64,000 nucleotides of DNA from Candidatus Eiseniibacteriota bacterium (GTDB lineage: Bacteria; Eisenbacteria; RBG-16-71-46): positions 1 to 64,000 of the forward strand of contig JBGPFC010000010.1 of the NCBI GenBank assembly GCA_041483195.1. Direction: 5' to 3'. The translations under genes and the position numbers were made by a program. Below are positions 26,913-37,119 of the stretch, piece after piece. Position 1 is the stretch's first letter. Each line of letters opens with the position of its first letter. The notes beneath the pieces are model-generated. The model had not been told where the DNA came from. It was given only the letters and a program-made list of their open reading frames with translations, and did not search any database.

Positions 26913-29762
26913 TCAAACCCCCGGAGTGTGCCCCGCGGACTCGCCATCGCCCGGCGCGCCGGCCGGGGGGGCCGCCGCGTCCGCCGGGGGCTCCGCGTCG
27001 AGCACCTCACGCACCTTGCGCACGAAGGCCTCGAGCGCGAACGGCTTCTGGAGGAACGCGGTGCCCTGCTCGAGCACGCCGTGACGCACCACGGCGTCAT
27101 CGGTGTAGCCGGACATGTAGATCACGCGCAGGGCGGGCCGCAATCGAATCAGCGCCTGGGCGAGCTCGCGACCGCTCATCTGCGGCATCACGACGTCGGT
27201 CACCAGCAGGTGAATGGTCTCGGCATGCGCGCGCTCGATCGCGAGCGCGTCCGGGCCGTGACGCGCCTCGAGCACAACGTAGCCGGTGGTCTCGAGCACC
27301 TCGCGCGCCATCGAGCGCACCGCGTCCTCGTCCTCCACCAGCAGCACGGTCTCGCTGCCCCGCAGCGACCTCCCGGCCGCCCGCTCGGGGGCGCTCGCCG
27401 CCGGCCCGCCGTCGGCACGCGGCAGGTAGACCTTGAACGTCGTGCCCAGGCCCGGCTCGCTGTACACCGTGATGGTCCCGCCGCTCTGCTCGATGATGGC
27501 GTACACGGTCGAGAGTCCGAGCCCGGTGCCCTTGCCCTGCGCCTTGGTCGTGAAGAACGGCTCGAATGCCCGCGCCAGGGTCGGCGAGTCCATCCCGCAT
27601 CCGTCGTCGCTCACCGTGAGCAGCACGTGCGGTCCGGAACGTAGCTGCGGATGCTGGTCGGCGAATGCGACATCGACCATGACGCCGGCCACCTCGATCG
27701 TGAGCCGCCCGCCGCGCGGCAGCGCGTCGCGCGCGTTAACCGCAAGGTTCATGATGACCTGCTCGAGCTGGCCGCGGTCGGCGCGCACGCGCAGCGGAGC
27801 CGGCCCGATGTTGCTGTGAAGCTCGATGTCTTCGCCGATCAGGCGGCGCAGCATGCCGTCCATCTCGGTCACCACCAGATTGAGGTCGAGGTCCCGCGGC
27901 GCGAGCACCTCCTTGCGGCTGAACGCCAGCAGCTGCCGCGTCAGCAGCGCGCCGCGCGCCGCGGCCTTCTGCACCTCTTCGGCGTTGGTGTGAAGCGGAT
28001 GCCCGGCGTGGATGCGGCTCAGCATCAGCTCGCTGTGCCCCATGATCGCGGCGAGCAGGTTGTTGAAATCGTGCGCGACCCCGCCCGCCAGCCGTCCGAT
28101 CGCCTCCATCTTCTGCGAGTGCCGGAGCTGGTCTTCGAGCCTGCGCTGGTCGGTGACGTCGGTCGCCACGCCGATCAGCCCCCTGAACTCGCCGGCGGTG
28201 CCGCGCAGCGGCGTGTAGCGCGTCTCGAATGCGAGCTTGCCGACCTCGGTCACGGTCGTGAACTCCTCTCCGGCGAGGGCGCGGCGAATCGCGGCGAGGA
28301 CGCTGGGGAAGTCCCGGTAGACGTCGAACACCGAGCGTCCGACGACTTCCCCCGGCTCCAGGCCCAGCGCCTCGAGCCCATGGCCCTCCGACATCGTGAA
28401 GACCCCGCCGGCGTCGATCGCGAACAGCACGATCGGGGCGTTCGAGATGACAGTGTGCAGACGCTCCTCGGCGGCGCGCAGCGCCTCTTCCACGTGCAGG
28501 CGTTCGGTGACGTCGGTGTACTCGAGCATCAGCATCTCGCGGCCGTCGAGATCGGCGAGCGTCCCGCTCACGGTCGCGATGCGCTCGATCCCGTCGCGCT
28601 GGCGAACGCGGCACTCCAGGGCGCTCAGGCTCTTCTCGGCGAAGCCGACGGCGTAGTGTGCCTCCAGCCTGGCCCACTCCGGCGGCGCGTGCAGCGACTC
28701 GAGCGGAACGCCGATCAGCTCCTCGCGCGGACAGCCGAGCAGGCGGCTCGCCATGGGATTGACCAGCACGATTCGGCGCGTGGAAGGATCCGCCATCACG
28801 ATCGCCTTGGGGCTGCGCTCGAACAGCAGCCGGTAGCGCGACTCCGAGCGGCGCAGCACGTCGAGACCGCTCAAGTCCTGGATCATCACCATGACCTCGG
28901 CCGGGCGGCCGTCCGGCCCCTTGATCGGGAGCGCGGTGAGGTAATGATTGCGGACCGCGCCGGCGTCCACCCGCCTCAGCTCGTGGTGCGTGACCTGGTT
29001 GTGCACGAGCGTGCGGCTGACCGGGCACTCCGCGCAGCCGTCGCCCGAGAGTTGCTCGCCGAAGCGCCCGCACACCGCGCGGCACGCGAGACCGATCCAA
29101 CTCGAGTGTTCCCCGGCGGGCGGCGGCTCGGCCGCCAGCACGCTGTTGGTCCAGCGCACGATCCCGGAGGGATCGGTCACGAACACCCAGGCGTCGGACT
29201 GGTGCACCATCGCCGCGAACTTCTGCCGCTCGCGGTCGAGCACGCGCACCTGCTCGTCGAGGGTGCGGAACCAGCGCTCGAATTGCGCCTTGAGCGCTGC
29301 GGCTCGCGTGGCCTCCAGCTGCGCGGCCAGCCGCTGCGCGACGACCCGCAGCAGCAGCGCGACCCGCGGGTCGGCGGAAGCGCGCTCGAGATCGTCGGCC
29401 CCCGCGAAGCACGCGACCCCGACGACCCGTCCCGCCGCGATCAACGGCAGGGCGCGCACCCCGCGACCGCCTTCGCCGGCGACGACCGACGCCCCCGAAC
29501 CCGGCTGCGCGGCGCCACGCGCGGCACGCAACATCTCGCCCCGCAGCGCCTCCTCGAGCGCGCCCTTCTCGGGGCGCCACGCTCCGCCCGCGAGCTCCGC
29601 GCCCTCGACCGGCAGGAGCGCGAGCGCTTCGGCACGAACCAGGGTGGCGAGCCGCTCCAGCGCGCACTCCAGCGCGCGCTCGAACTGCGCTTCGTCCAGC
29701 ACCGGGTCGATGTGCGCGATCAGCGCCTCGACTCCGTTCGCAGCGGGCTCGGCGGGGCTCAT
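26913..29762 (-). CDS. PAS-domain hybrid sensor histidine kinase/response regulator (CckA-like)
   Basis: Three PAS-like domains, 'GGVAHDFNNLL', 'FTTKAQGKGTGLGL' and a C-terminal receiver domain. Confidence 0.93.
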   Translation of the reverse strand: MSPAEPAANGVEALIAHIDPVLDEAQFERALECALERLATLVRAEALALLPVEGAELAGGAWRPEKGALEEALRGEMLRAARGAAQPGSGASVVAGEGGRGVRALPLIAAGRVVGVACFAGADDLERASADPRVALLLRVVAQRLAAQLEATRAAALKAQFERWFRTLDEQVRVLDRERQKFAAMVHQSDAWVFVTDPSGIVRWTNSVLAAEPPPAGEHSSWIGLACRAVCGRFGEQLSGDGCAECPVSRTLVHNQVTHHELRRVDAGAVRNHYLTALPIKGPDGRPAEVMVMIQDLSGLDVLRRSESRYRLLFERSPKAIVMADPSTRRIVLVNPMASRLLGCPREELIGVPLESLHAPPEWARLEAHYAVGFAEKSLSALECRVRQRDGIERIATVSGTLADLDGREMLMLEYTDVTERLHVEEALRAAEERLHTVISNAPIVLFAIDAGGVFTMSEGHGLEALGLEPGEVVGRSVFDVYRDFPSVLAAIRRALAGEEFTTVTEVGKLAFETRYTPLRGTAGEFRGLIGVATDVTDQRRLEDQLRHSQKMEAIGRLAGGVAHDFNNLLAAIMGHSELMLSRIHAGHPLHTNAEEVQKAAARGALLTRQLLAFSRKEVLAPRDLDLNLVVTEMDGMLRRLIGEDIELHSNIGPAPLRVRADRGQLEQVIMNLAVNARDALPRGGRLTIEVAGVMVDVAFADQHPQLRSGPHVLLTVSDDGCGMDSPTLARAFEPFFTTKAQGKGTGLGLSTVYAIIEQSGGTITVYSEPGLGTTFKVYLPRADGGPAASAPERAAGRSLRGSETVLLVEDEDAVRSMAREVLETTGYVVLEARHGPDALAIERAHAETIHLLVTDVVMPQMSGRELAQALIRLRPALRVIYMSGYTDDAVVRHGVLEQGTAFLQKPFALEAFVRKVREVLDAEPPADAAAPPAGAPGDGESAGHTPGV

Positions 29763-29775
29763 GAATCGGCCGGGC

Positions 29776-30252
29776 TCAGGCGGCGGCCGCGCGCGACGCG
29801 AACAGGCTCGCGAGGCGATCGGCGACCTGCTGCACCCCCGCCACGGTCTCATCGTCGAACGCCGCGATCTCGTGGCTGTCGATGTCGATCTGCGCGTGAA
29901 TCCGGTCTCCGGAGCGGATCAGGACCACCAGCTCGGAGCGAGTCTCGGTGCTGCATGCGAGGTAGTTCGCGATGCGTCGCACGTCGGGAATGTTCATGTT
30001 GCGCTTCTCGGCCACCGCGGTGCCGCATACCCCCTGGCCCACGCCGATGAACACGTGATCGGTGGGAGCCCCCACGAACGGTCCGAGACGGAGCACCTGG
30101 TCCGGAAACAGCTCGTAGATGCCGGTCCAGTCGAAGCGCTCGTCCAGCCGATGCAGGCCGGCCACCGCCGCCTCGAGCACCGCCCCGAACGAGAGGCCCT
30201 GGGCGTTGAGCGAGTCGATTTCCTGGAGCAGCGGCTGGACGTTCATGGCCAT
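29776..30252 (-). CDS. msrC: GAF-domain protein, free methionine-R-sulfoxide reductase-like
   Basis: 'DWTGIY...LGPFVG...GVCGTA...YLAC...SELVV...IDIDS'. Confidence 0.8.
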   Translation of the reverse strand: MAMNVQPLLQEIDSLNAQGLSFGAVLEAAVAGLHRLDERFDWTGIYELFPDQVLRLGPFVGAPTDHVFIGVGQGVCGTAVAEKRNMNIPDVRRIANYLACSTETRSELVVLIRSGDRIHAQIDIDSHEIAAFDDETVAGVQQVADRLASLFASRAAAA

Positions 30253-30429
30253 TTCTTCCGGTATCAAGTACGGGCGCGGCGACATCATGCCCGCGGTGTG
30301 GAACGTGGACTCGAAGGGTTATCGGCGCCGCCCGTACCCGACTTGACGGGCGCCGGGTCCCGGGCGCCCCCATGTATACTGCGCGCTTTCGCGCCTCACC
30401 CGGGCGCGCCCCCAATCCCGGAGGTCCCG

Positions 30430-33045
30430 ATGCGGTCGCATCACCGAGTCCCGTTCCACCTGCTCGCGGCCATGGGCCTGATCGCTCCCGCGCTCGCCAA
30501 CGCCGACGGAGCGCGGCTCGGCCACGCGGTCATCCCCACCGCGCAGAGCGTCCGCCTCACGCTCGACCCCGCGAAGCACGACTACTCGGGCGAGGTGGCG
30601 ATCGATCTGCGGGTGAGCGCCGCGCTGGACTCGTTCGAGCTGAACGCGCGCGGCCAGCGCCTCGATCGCGTGACGCTCACCGGAGCGGACGGCGCGATTC
30701 CCGTGACGACCGGCACCGCGCCCCACGATCGCCTCGTCGTGCGTCCCGCCCGCCGGATCGCGGCCGGGAGCTACACGCTCGACATCGCATTCACGAACGA
30801 TTTCGACACGCAAGCGGCCAGCCTCTACCGCCTCGAGACCGGCGGCGATTCGTATGCGTTCACCCAGTTCGAGGCCGACGACGCGCGCGGGGCGTTCCCG
30901 TGCTGGGACGAGCCCGAGTTCAAGATTCCCTGGCGCGTCACGCTGATCGTGCGGGACGGCCAGCTCGCGATCGCGAACACGCTGGTCGAGCGCGAGAGCG
31001 TCGCGGACGGGATGCGGACCGTCGCCTTCAGGGTGACGAAGCCCCTGCCCTCCTACCTGCTCGCGTTCGCGGTCGGACCGCTCGAGGCGGTCCCGATTCC
31101 GGGCATGAGCGTCCCGGGGCGCGTGATCACCGTGAAGGGCGCCTCGGCGCTCGCGACCGACGTGGTGCGCCAGACCCCGCCGCTGCTCGCCGCGCTCGAG
31201 CGCTACTTCGGGCGGCCCTATCCGTACGAGAAGCTCGATCTGCTCGCGGTGCCGGAGTTCCTCTACGGCGCGATGGAAAACGCGGGCGCGATCACCTTCG
31301 CCGATCGCATCCTGCTGATGGATCCGAACAGCTCTGGCGTGCAGCAGCGGCGCCGGCTCGCCGAGATCAACGCGCACGAGATGGCCCACATGTGGTTCGG
31401 CGACCTGGTCACCATGCAGTGGTGGGACGATCTCTGGCTCAACGAATCGTTCGCGTCGTGGCTCGGCGACAAGATCACGCAGCAGGTGTTCCCGGAGTTC
31501 GACAGCGCGGTGCGCGAGCTGGAGGGGAGCGGACGCGCGCTCGCGACCGATTCCCGGCTCTCGACCCGCGCCATCCGCCAGCCGGTGGATCAGAACGTCA
31601 ACCTCGAGCAGATCGCGGACGTGCTCGCTTACAACAAGGGCCAGGCGGTGCTCGGCATGTTCGAGCACTGGCTGGGGCCCGACGTGTTCCGCAAGGGAGT
31701 GGTCGCCTACCTCGACGCGCACGCAAACGGCAACGCGACCGCGACCGACCTGTGGAGCGCGCTCTCGAAGGCCTCGGGACGCGACGTGGGCGCCGCGATG
31801 TCGACGTTCCTCGATCAGCCCGGCGTCCCGCTGGTGAGCGTCGAGCCGCTCGCGGGCGGCAGGCTGCGTCTCACCCAGCGCCGGTTCCTCAACTACGGAT
31901 CGAGCGCCCCGGACCCGCAGCTGTGGAAGATCCCGGTGGTGCTCGAGTTCTCGGAAGGCGGCCGGGTTCATACGCAGCCCGTGCTGCTCACCGCGGCCGA
32001 GCAGACCGTCTCGCTCGATGGGGCGCGCGCTCCCGCGTGGATTCACCCGAACGCCGACGAGCGCGGGTACTACCGCTGGAGCCTGCCCGCGGCGGATCTC
32101 GACCGGCTGGCCGCGGCGGGCGCGATGGGCACGCGCGAGCGCGTGGGATTCCTGGCGAACGCCGGCGCGCTGCTCGATGCCGGCGCGATGCACGGCGACG
32201 ACTACCTGCGGACGATCGAGCGCTTCCGCGACGACCCGCAGCCCGAGGTGGTGGACGCGGTGGCCGGGGCGCTCGGGCGCGTGAAGCGCGCGTTCGTCAC
32301 CCCGGAGCTGCATGAAGCTTTCGCGCGCTACGTGCGCGAGACGCTGGGCCCCGCGTTCCACCGCGTCGGATACGCGACGGCGCCCGGCGAGCCGCCATCG
32401 CTCACCTCGCTGCGCGGCACGCTCATCGGATGGCTCGGCGACGACGGCCGCGATCCCGACGCGATCGCGCACGCCGGGGCGATGACACGCGATTACCTGC
32501 GCGATCCGGCCTCGATCGACCCCTCGCTGGCGGACGCGGCGCTGCGGCTCGCGGCGATCGGCGGCGACGCCGCGCTCTACGACGAGATCCAGAAGCGTTT
32601 CGAGACCGCGCGCTCGCCGGTCGAGCGCACGCGCGCGCTGATGACGCTCGGATCGTTCCGCGACCCGGCGCTGATCGAGCGCACGCTCGCCTACGCGCTG
32701 GCCGGCCCGCTGCGCCCGCAGGAGCTGCGATTCATCACCCAGGGCATCGGGGCCGAGCCCAGCGGCGAGCAGCGGCTGTTCGAGTGGATGACGGAGCACT
32801 ACGCGGCGATCGTCTCGCGGATGCCGCCGAACTTCGCGGCGTTCATGCCGGCCTACGCGGGGGGTTGCTCGGCCCAGCGGCTCGAAGCCGCGCGCGCGTT
32901 CTTCGCGAGCCCCGAGCACTCGACGGTCGGCACCGCGCAGCAGCTGGCGAAGGTGGCCGACCAGGTGAACGACTGCGTGGGACTGCGCGGGCGCGAGGGC
33001 GCTGCGGTGGCGGCGTATCTGAGGGCCGCGCGCGCGGCGAATTAG
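30430..33045 (+). CDS. M1 family aminopeptidase with ERAP1-like C-terminal domain, exported
   Basis: GGAGG RBS; signal peptide; TQFE..AR..FPC.DEP, GAMEN, HEMAH-x18-E. Confidence 0.95.
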   Translation: MRSHHRVPFHLLAAMGLIAPALANADGARLGHAVIPTAQSVRLTLDPAKHDYSGEVAIDLRVSAALDSFELNARGQRLDRVTLTGADGAIPVTTGTAPHDRLVVRPARRIAAGSYTLDIAFTNDFDTQAASLYRLETGGDSYAFTQFEADDARGAFPCWDEPEFKIPWRVTLIVRDGQLAIANTLVERESVADGMRTVAFRVTKPLPSYLLAFAVGPLEAVPIPGMSVPGRVITVKGASALATDVVRQTPPLLAALERYFGRPYPYEKLDLLAVPEFLYGAMENAGAITFADRILLMDPNSSGVQQRRRLAEINAHEMAHMWFGDLVTMQWWDDLWLNESFASWLGDKITQQVFPEFDSAVRELEGSGRALATDSRLSTRAIRQPVDQNVNLEQIADVLAYNKGQAVLGMFEHWLGPDVFRKGVVAYLDAHANGNATATDLWSALSKASGRDVGAAMSTFLDQPGVPLVSVEPLAGGRLRLTQRRFLNYGSSAPDPQLWKIPVVLEFSEGGRVHTQPVLLTAAEQTVSLDGARAPAWIHPNADERGYYRWSLPAADLDRLAAAGAMGTRERVGFLANAGALLDAGAMHGDDYLRTIERFRDDPQPEVVDAVAGALGRVKRAFVTPELHEAFARYVRETLGPAFHRVGYATAPGEPPSLTSLRGTLIGWLGDDGRDPDAIAHAGAMTRDYLRDPASIDPSLADAALRLAAIGGDAALYDEIQKRFETARSPVERTRALMTLGSFRDPALIERTLAYALAGPLRPQELRFITQGIGAEPSGEQRLFEWMTEHYAAIVSRMPPNFAAFMPAYAGGCSAQRLEAARAFFASPEHSTVGTAQQLAKVADQVNDCVGLRGREGAAVAAYLRAARAAN

Positions 33046-33052
33046 CCCCGCT

Positions 33053-33961
33053 TCATCGCGGCTTGCGCGCGACCAGCGTGACTCGGTCGCCCATCACGTT
33101 GAACGCGAGCGTGAGCGGCAGGTTGATGGCGTCCAGGATCGCCATCGCCGCGCGTTCGAGCGGCGTCTTGTTCCCGTGCGCGCGTCCCGGCGGGATCTTG
33201 CTCTGGCGCATCGTCACGAGGCGCAGGCCCGAAGCCTCCGCGAGCCGGGCGAGCGGGCGCGGGGTGAACTCCCACAGGTGGTAGGGCGGCTCGCGCAGCA
33301 CGATGTCGCGGCCGGCGATCCCGCAGGCGCCGAGCGCGACGCGCCGCGCGAGTGAATGGGTCGTGATCGGGCCGCGCAGGTAGAGGTGCCCGCCCGGCGC
33401 GAGCACCCGCGCCGCTTCGACCATCGTGGCGCGGCAGTCGGGCACGTGCTCGAGCACGTCGCCCATGTACACCAGGTCGGCGCTCGCGGCCGGCCGGCGC
33501 GCGGCTTCGAGCTCGCCATCGAACACCTCGAGCCCGAGCGCGCGCGCGTGTGCCACCGCGGTCGCCGAGAACTCGACGCCGCGCGCCTCCCAGCCGCGCT
33601 CGCGCGCGAGCTTGAGCAGCCATCCGCCCGCGCAACCCACCTCGAGCAGGCGGCGCCCGGGGCCGAGCGCTTCGAACGCCTCGAGCAGCGCCTGGTTCTC
33701 GCCGCGGAACGCGCGCTCGTCGAAGTAACCGGCCGCGCTTCGCCCGCAGCGAAAGTCCTGCTCGAAATACTCGGGCGCGTAGAACTCGGCGAGCGAAGCG
33801 CCGGCGGGCTGCACCCGCAGGAAGCGCATGCCGCAGTCGCGGCATTCGGCGGCCGGGAACGTGCCGCGGAACTCGTAGCGCAGCGGGAGCGCCGCGATCC
33901 GCGTGCTCAAGCACGCGAGGCAGCGGTCGAGGGTGCGGGTCGTGAGCGGCGCTTCGTTCAT
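33053..33961 (-). CDS. Class I SAM-dependent methyltransferase with N-terminal CxxC pair
   Basis: CLAC...CRDC; 'LLEVGCAGG'; 'DVLEHVPD'; ATGA overlap with mnmA. Confidence 0.88.
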   Translation of the reverse strand: MNEAPLTTRTLDRCLACLSTRIAALPLRYEFRGTFPAAECRDCGMRFLRVQPAGASLAEFYAPEYFEQDFRCGRSAAGYFDERAFRGENQALLEAFEALGPGRRLLEVGCAGGWLLKLARERGWEARGVEFSATAVAHARALGLEVFDGELEAARRPAASADLVYMGDVLEHVPDCRATMVEAARVLAPGGHLYLRGPITTHSLARRVALGACGIAGRDIVLREPPYHLWEFTPRPLARLAEASGLRLVTMRQSKIPPGRAHGNKTPLERAAMAILDAINLPLTLAFNVMGDRVTLVARKPR

Positions 33962-35055
33962 GCGCCGCCGGCGATGGTCGCGCCGCCCAGGCAGCGCTCG
34001 CCGGCGTAGAACGCGCACAGCTGGCCGGGCGTCACCGCGGACTGCGGCTGATCGAAGCGCACCTCGACGCTTCCATCCTGGCGCGGGAACACGCGGGCGG
34101 CGGCCGGCGCGTGGTGGTAGCGAATCTTGACGTCGACTCGCGCGCCACCTGCGGGCGGCGCGGCGCACAGCCAGTTCGCGACCGCGGTCACGAGGCCGGG
34201 CGATGCGAGCGCCTCCTTCGGCCCGACGATCACGGCGTTCTTCTCCGGCTCGATCTCGAGCACGTGGAGCGGCGCGGCGGCCGCGAGCCCGAGCCCGCGC
34301 CGCTGCCCCACCGTGTAGTGAATGATGCCGCGGTGGGTGCCGAGCCTTCGTCCCGAGCGGTCGAGGAACGGCCCGGGCGACGTGCCGCGGACCTGTCCCA
34401 GGTTCTTCTCCATGAATCCCGCGTAGTCGCCATCCGGGACGAAGCACAGATCCTGGCTCTCGGGCTTGTCCCACACCCGCAACCCGAGGCGCTGGCCGTG
34501 GGCGCGCGCCTCGGCCTTGGTGAGGTCGCCGAGCGGGAAGATCGCGCGCGCCAGCGACGCGTACGGTACCAGCGCGAGCGCGTAGGACTGGTCCTTGTCG
34601 GCGTCGCGCGCGCGCAGCAGCGCGACGTCGCCGTCCGCGCCGCGCCCGACCCGCGCGTAGTGGCCGGTCGCAATGCGGTCCGCGCCGATCGCGTCCATGC
34701 GCGCGACCAGATCTCCGAACTTGAGGTGCTGGTTGCACAGCGCGCACGGATACGGGGTGCGGCCGCTCGCGTAGTCGTCGAGGAACGGCTGCAGCACGCG
34801 CGCGCGGAACACCTCCTCGGCCTCGACCACGAAGTGCGGGAAGCCCATGCGCCGGGCGACGCCGCGCGCGTCGTCGATCGCATCGAGCGTGCAGCAGGCG
34901 CGCGCCGAGAGCTTCGATGTGCCGTAGCACCAGAGCTTGAGCGTGACGCCCGTGAGGTCGTGGCCCCGCTCGGCGAGCAGCGCGGCCGCGACCGCGGAGT
35001 CCACGCCGCCGCTCATCGCGGCGAGCACGCGCATGCGGGACGGCTCCGCGCTCAT
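33958..35055 (-). CDS. mnmA: tRNA 2-thiouridine(34) synthase
   Basis: SGGVDS, TPYPCALCN, ATGHY, KDQSY, ESQDLCF, YTVGQRRG, VTPGQ. Confidence 0.96.
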   Translation of the reverse strand: MSAEPSRMRVLAAMSGGVDSAVAAALLAERGHDLTGVTLKLWCYGTSKLSARACCTLDAIDDARGVARRMGFPHFVVEAEEVFRARVLQPFLDDYASGRTPYPCALCNQHLKFGDLVARMDAIGADRIATGHYARVGRGADGDVALLRARDADKDQSYALALVPYASLARAIFPLGDLTKAEARAHGQRLGLRVWDKPESQDLCFVPDGDYAGFMEKNLGQVRGTSPGPFLDRSGRRLGTHRGIIHYTVGQRRGLGLAAAAPLHVLEIEPEKNAVIVGPKEALASPGLVTAVANWLCAAPPAGGARVDVKIRYHHAPAAARVFPRQDGSVEVRFDQPQSAVTPGQLCAFYAGERCLGGATIAGGA

Positions 35056-36212
35056 CGACCCGCGCCGGCGTGCGTGGCGCCCGCCGCGCGCGCCGCCGCC
35101 ACGCTCTCGCGGAGCGCATCGATCACGCGCTCCAGCTCTCCGGCGGTGGTGGTGCGGCCCATCGAGAGCCGCAGCGCCGCGATCGCGAGATCGCGCGGCA
35201 CGCCCATCGCGGCCAGCACCGGAGAGGGCTCGACCGCGCCGCTCGCGCACGCCGCGCCCGCCGACACCGCGACCCCGCGCGAATCGAGCGCCATGAGCAG
35301 GTGATCGCTGCGAGCGCCCGGGAACGACGCGTTCACGGTGTTGGGCAGGCGCGGGGCGCGGGCGCCGTGGATGACGGCCCCGGGAGCCACCTCGAGAATT
35401 CCGGCTTCGAGACGCTCGCGTAGCGCGGAGAGCCGCTCGGCCTCGCCCGAAAGCTCCCTCGCCGCGCACTCGGCGGCCACCCCGAACCCCACGATGCCGG
35501 GCAGATTCTCGGTCCCGCCGCGGCGGCCGCGCTCGTGGCCGCTGCCGCGGAACAGCGGCTCGAGCGCCACGCCATCGCGCACGATCATGGCGCCAACGCC
35601 CTTCGGTCCGCCCAGCTTGTGGGCCGAGATCACGAGCACGTCCACGCCGAGTCGCGTCATGTCGATCGGAATCTTGCCCGCCGCCTGCACCGCGTCGCAC
35701 ACCGTGACGCGTCCCGCGACGCGGGCCCGCGCCGCGATCGCCTCGACCGGCTGGATGACGCCGGTCTCGTTGTTCGCGAGCATCACGGCGATCACGGTGG
35801 TCTCCGCCGCGAGCGCCTCCGGCGCATCCGGGTCCACCGTGCCGGCCGCGCCCGCCGGAAGATGCGAGACCGCGAAGCCGATGCGCTCGAGGAACGAAGC
35901 GGCGCCATGCATCGCATGGTGCTCGATCGCGGAGATCGCGACCCGACGGCCGCGCGCCTCGGCTCCGAGCGCTGCGCCGATCAGCGCAGCGTGATCGCCC
36001 TCGGTGCCGCCGCTTACGAACGCGACCTGCTCAGGCGCCGCGCCGGCCAGCGCTGCGACCTGCGCACGGGCGCGATCGATGGCGGCGCGGGCGCGCTGTC
36101 CCTCGCGGTGCATGCTCGAGGGATTCGCGTCGAGGTCGCCGAGGCACGAGGACATCGCGGCCCGGACCTCGGGGCGCACCGGCGTGGACGCGTTGTGGTC
36201 GAAGTAGATCAG
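35052..36212 (-). CDS. iscS: Cysteine desulfurase (IscS/NifS type) with an anomalous start
   Basis: IYFDHNAST, NPSS, NNETG, DAVQ, SAHKLGGPKG, SAGAAC. The only start-like codon in frame before IYFDH is CTG at 36212 (see findings). Confidence 0.88.
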   Translation of the reverse strand: MIYFDHNASTPVRPEVRAAMSSCLGDLDANPSSMHREGQRARAAIDRARAQVAALAGAAPEQVAFVSGGTEGDHAALIGAALGAEARGRRVAISAIEHHAMHGAASFLERIGFAVSHLPAGAAGTVDPDAPEALAAETTVIAVMLANNETGVIQPVEAIAARARVAGRVTVCDAVQAAGKIPIDMTRLGVDVLVISAHKLGGPKGVGAMIVRDGVALEPLFRGSGHERGRRGGTENLPGIVGFGVAAECAARELSGEAERLSALRERLEAGILEVAPGAVIHGARAPRLPNTVNASFPGARSDHLLMALDSRGVAVSAGAACASGAVEPSPVLAAMGVPRDLAIAALRLSMGRTTTAGELERVIDALRESVAAARAAGATHAGAGR

Positions 36213-36299
36213 ATCCGCCTCATCGCGCCGCGCCCCGGCGTCGCGGTCGCTCGGGAAGGCGCGCGAGGGCGCCGCGGGCGCGCCACGCGGCCGGGATCG

Positions 36300-36998
36300 C
36301 TACTGCCCCTTCAGATACTTGGTGAGAACGTCCATGCTCTCGCGGGCGCTGATCCCCTCTGGGGACTCTGGCGCGAGCTCGACCACCCGGTTCCACATGC
36401 GGATGGCGTCGCGGTAGAGACCGGCATCCGCGAACGCGACCCCCATCGTGAAGTAAGCGCAGTGCGAGCCGGGCTTGGTCTCGATCACCTTGCGCAGCAC
36501 GTCCACCGCCTTCTGATACTGGTTCTGCGCGTAGAGCGAGCTCGCGAGCCGGCACATCGCCACCGAGTCGCCGGGCGCGACGTCGAGGGCCCGGTTGTAA
36601 TAGTTCTGCGCTTCGGCCGGGGTGCCGCCCGCATCGTACGCCGCGCCGAGATTCACGAGCGCCTTGAGATCGGTCGGCTTGATCTTGACGGCCCGCGCCA
36701 GCACGCGTACGGCCTCGGCCGTCCGCTCGCGATCGAGGTACATCACGCCCAGCCGGTAGAGATTGTCGAACCGGGTGGAGTCCTTCGCGACCGCCTTCTC
36801 GAGCATCGCGAGGCTGTCCACGGTTGCGTCCGTGGCGGCCGTGGTCGCCGCGGCCGGAGGAGCGCCGCTCGCGGCCTGTGCCGGGACGGCCGACGGCTTC
36901 ACCGGGACGGCGGACGGCTTCTTGGGGGCGGCGTGGACGGAAACGGCGAAGGTCAGGGCGAGACTCGCGGCGATCAGGACGGCGACGGGACGCTTCAC
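36300..36998 (-). CDS. Exported tetratricopeptide-repeat protein
   Basis: GAGGAGG then GTG; signal peptide; several TPR units. Confidence 0.87.
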   Translation of the reverse strand: MKRPVAVLIAASLALTFAVSVHAAPKKPSAVPVKPSAVPAQAASGAPPAAATTAATDATVDSLAMLEKAVAKDSTRFDNLYRLGVMYLDRERTAEAVRVLARAVKIKPTDLKALVNLGAAYDAGGTPAEAQNYYNRALDVAPGDSVAMCRLASSLYAQNQYQKAVDVLRKVIETKPGSHCAYFTMGVAFADAGLYRDAIRMWNRVVELAPESPEGISARESMDVLTKYLKGQ

Positions 36999-37042
36999 GG
37001 GACGGGTTCCTCCTCGTGGGCTGAACTGGAAAGCGGCGCGAG

Positions 37043-37051
37043 ATTGTAGCA
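37043..37051 (-). promoter_or_regulatory. Extended -10 element for the TPR-iscS-mnmA-MTase unit
   Basis: TGCTACAAT about 45 nt upstream of the GTG at 36998. Confidence 0.45.
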
Positions 37052-37119
37052 CGGCCCCGGGGACGCCGGAAAACCGCGCGGAGCGGCCGCGCCGGCGGCC
37101 GCTCCGCGCGCGCATCGCG

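Noticed and set aside
28948..30429. N-terminal extensions in track ORFs (e.g. 28948-33045, 33053-35119, 46314-49397, 47984-51388, 51930-53618) as fusion proteins
   Set aside because: The extensions overlap other genuine genes; internal starts with an RBS or stop-start overlap explain the real proteins.
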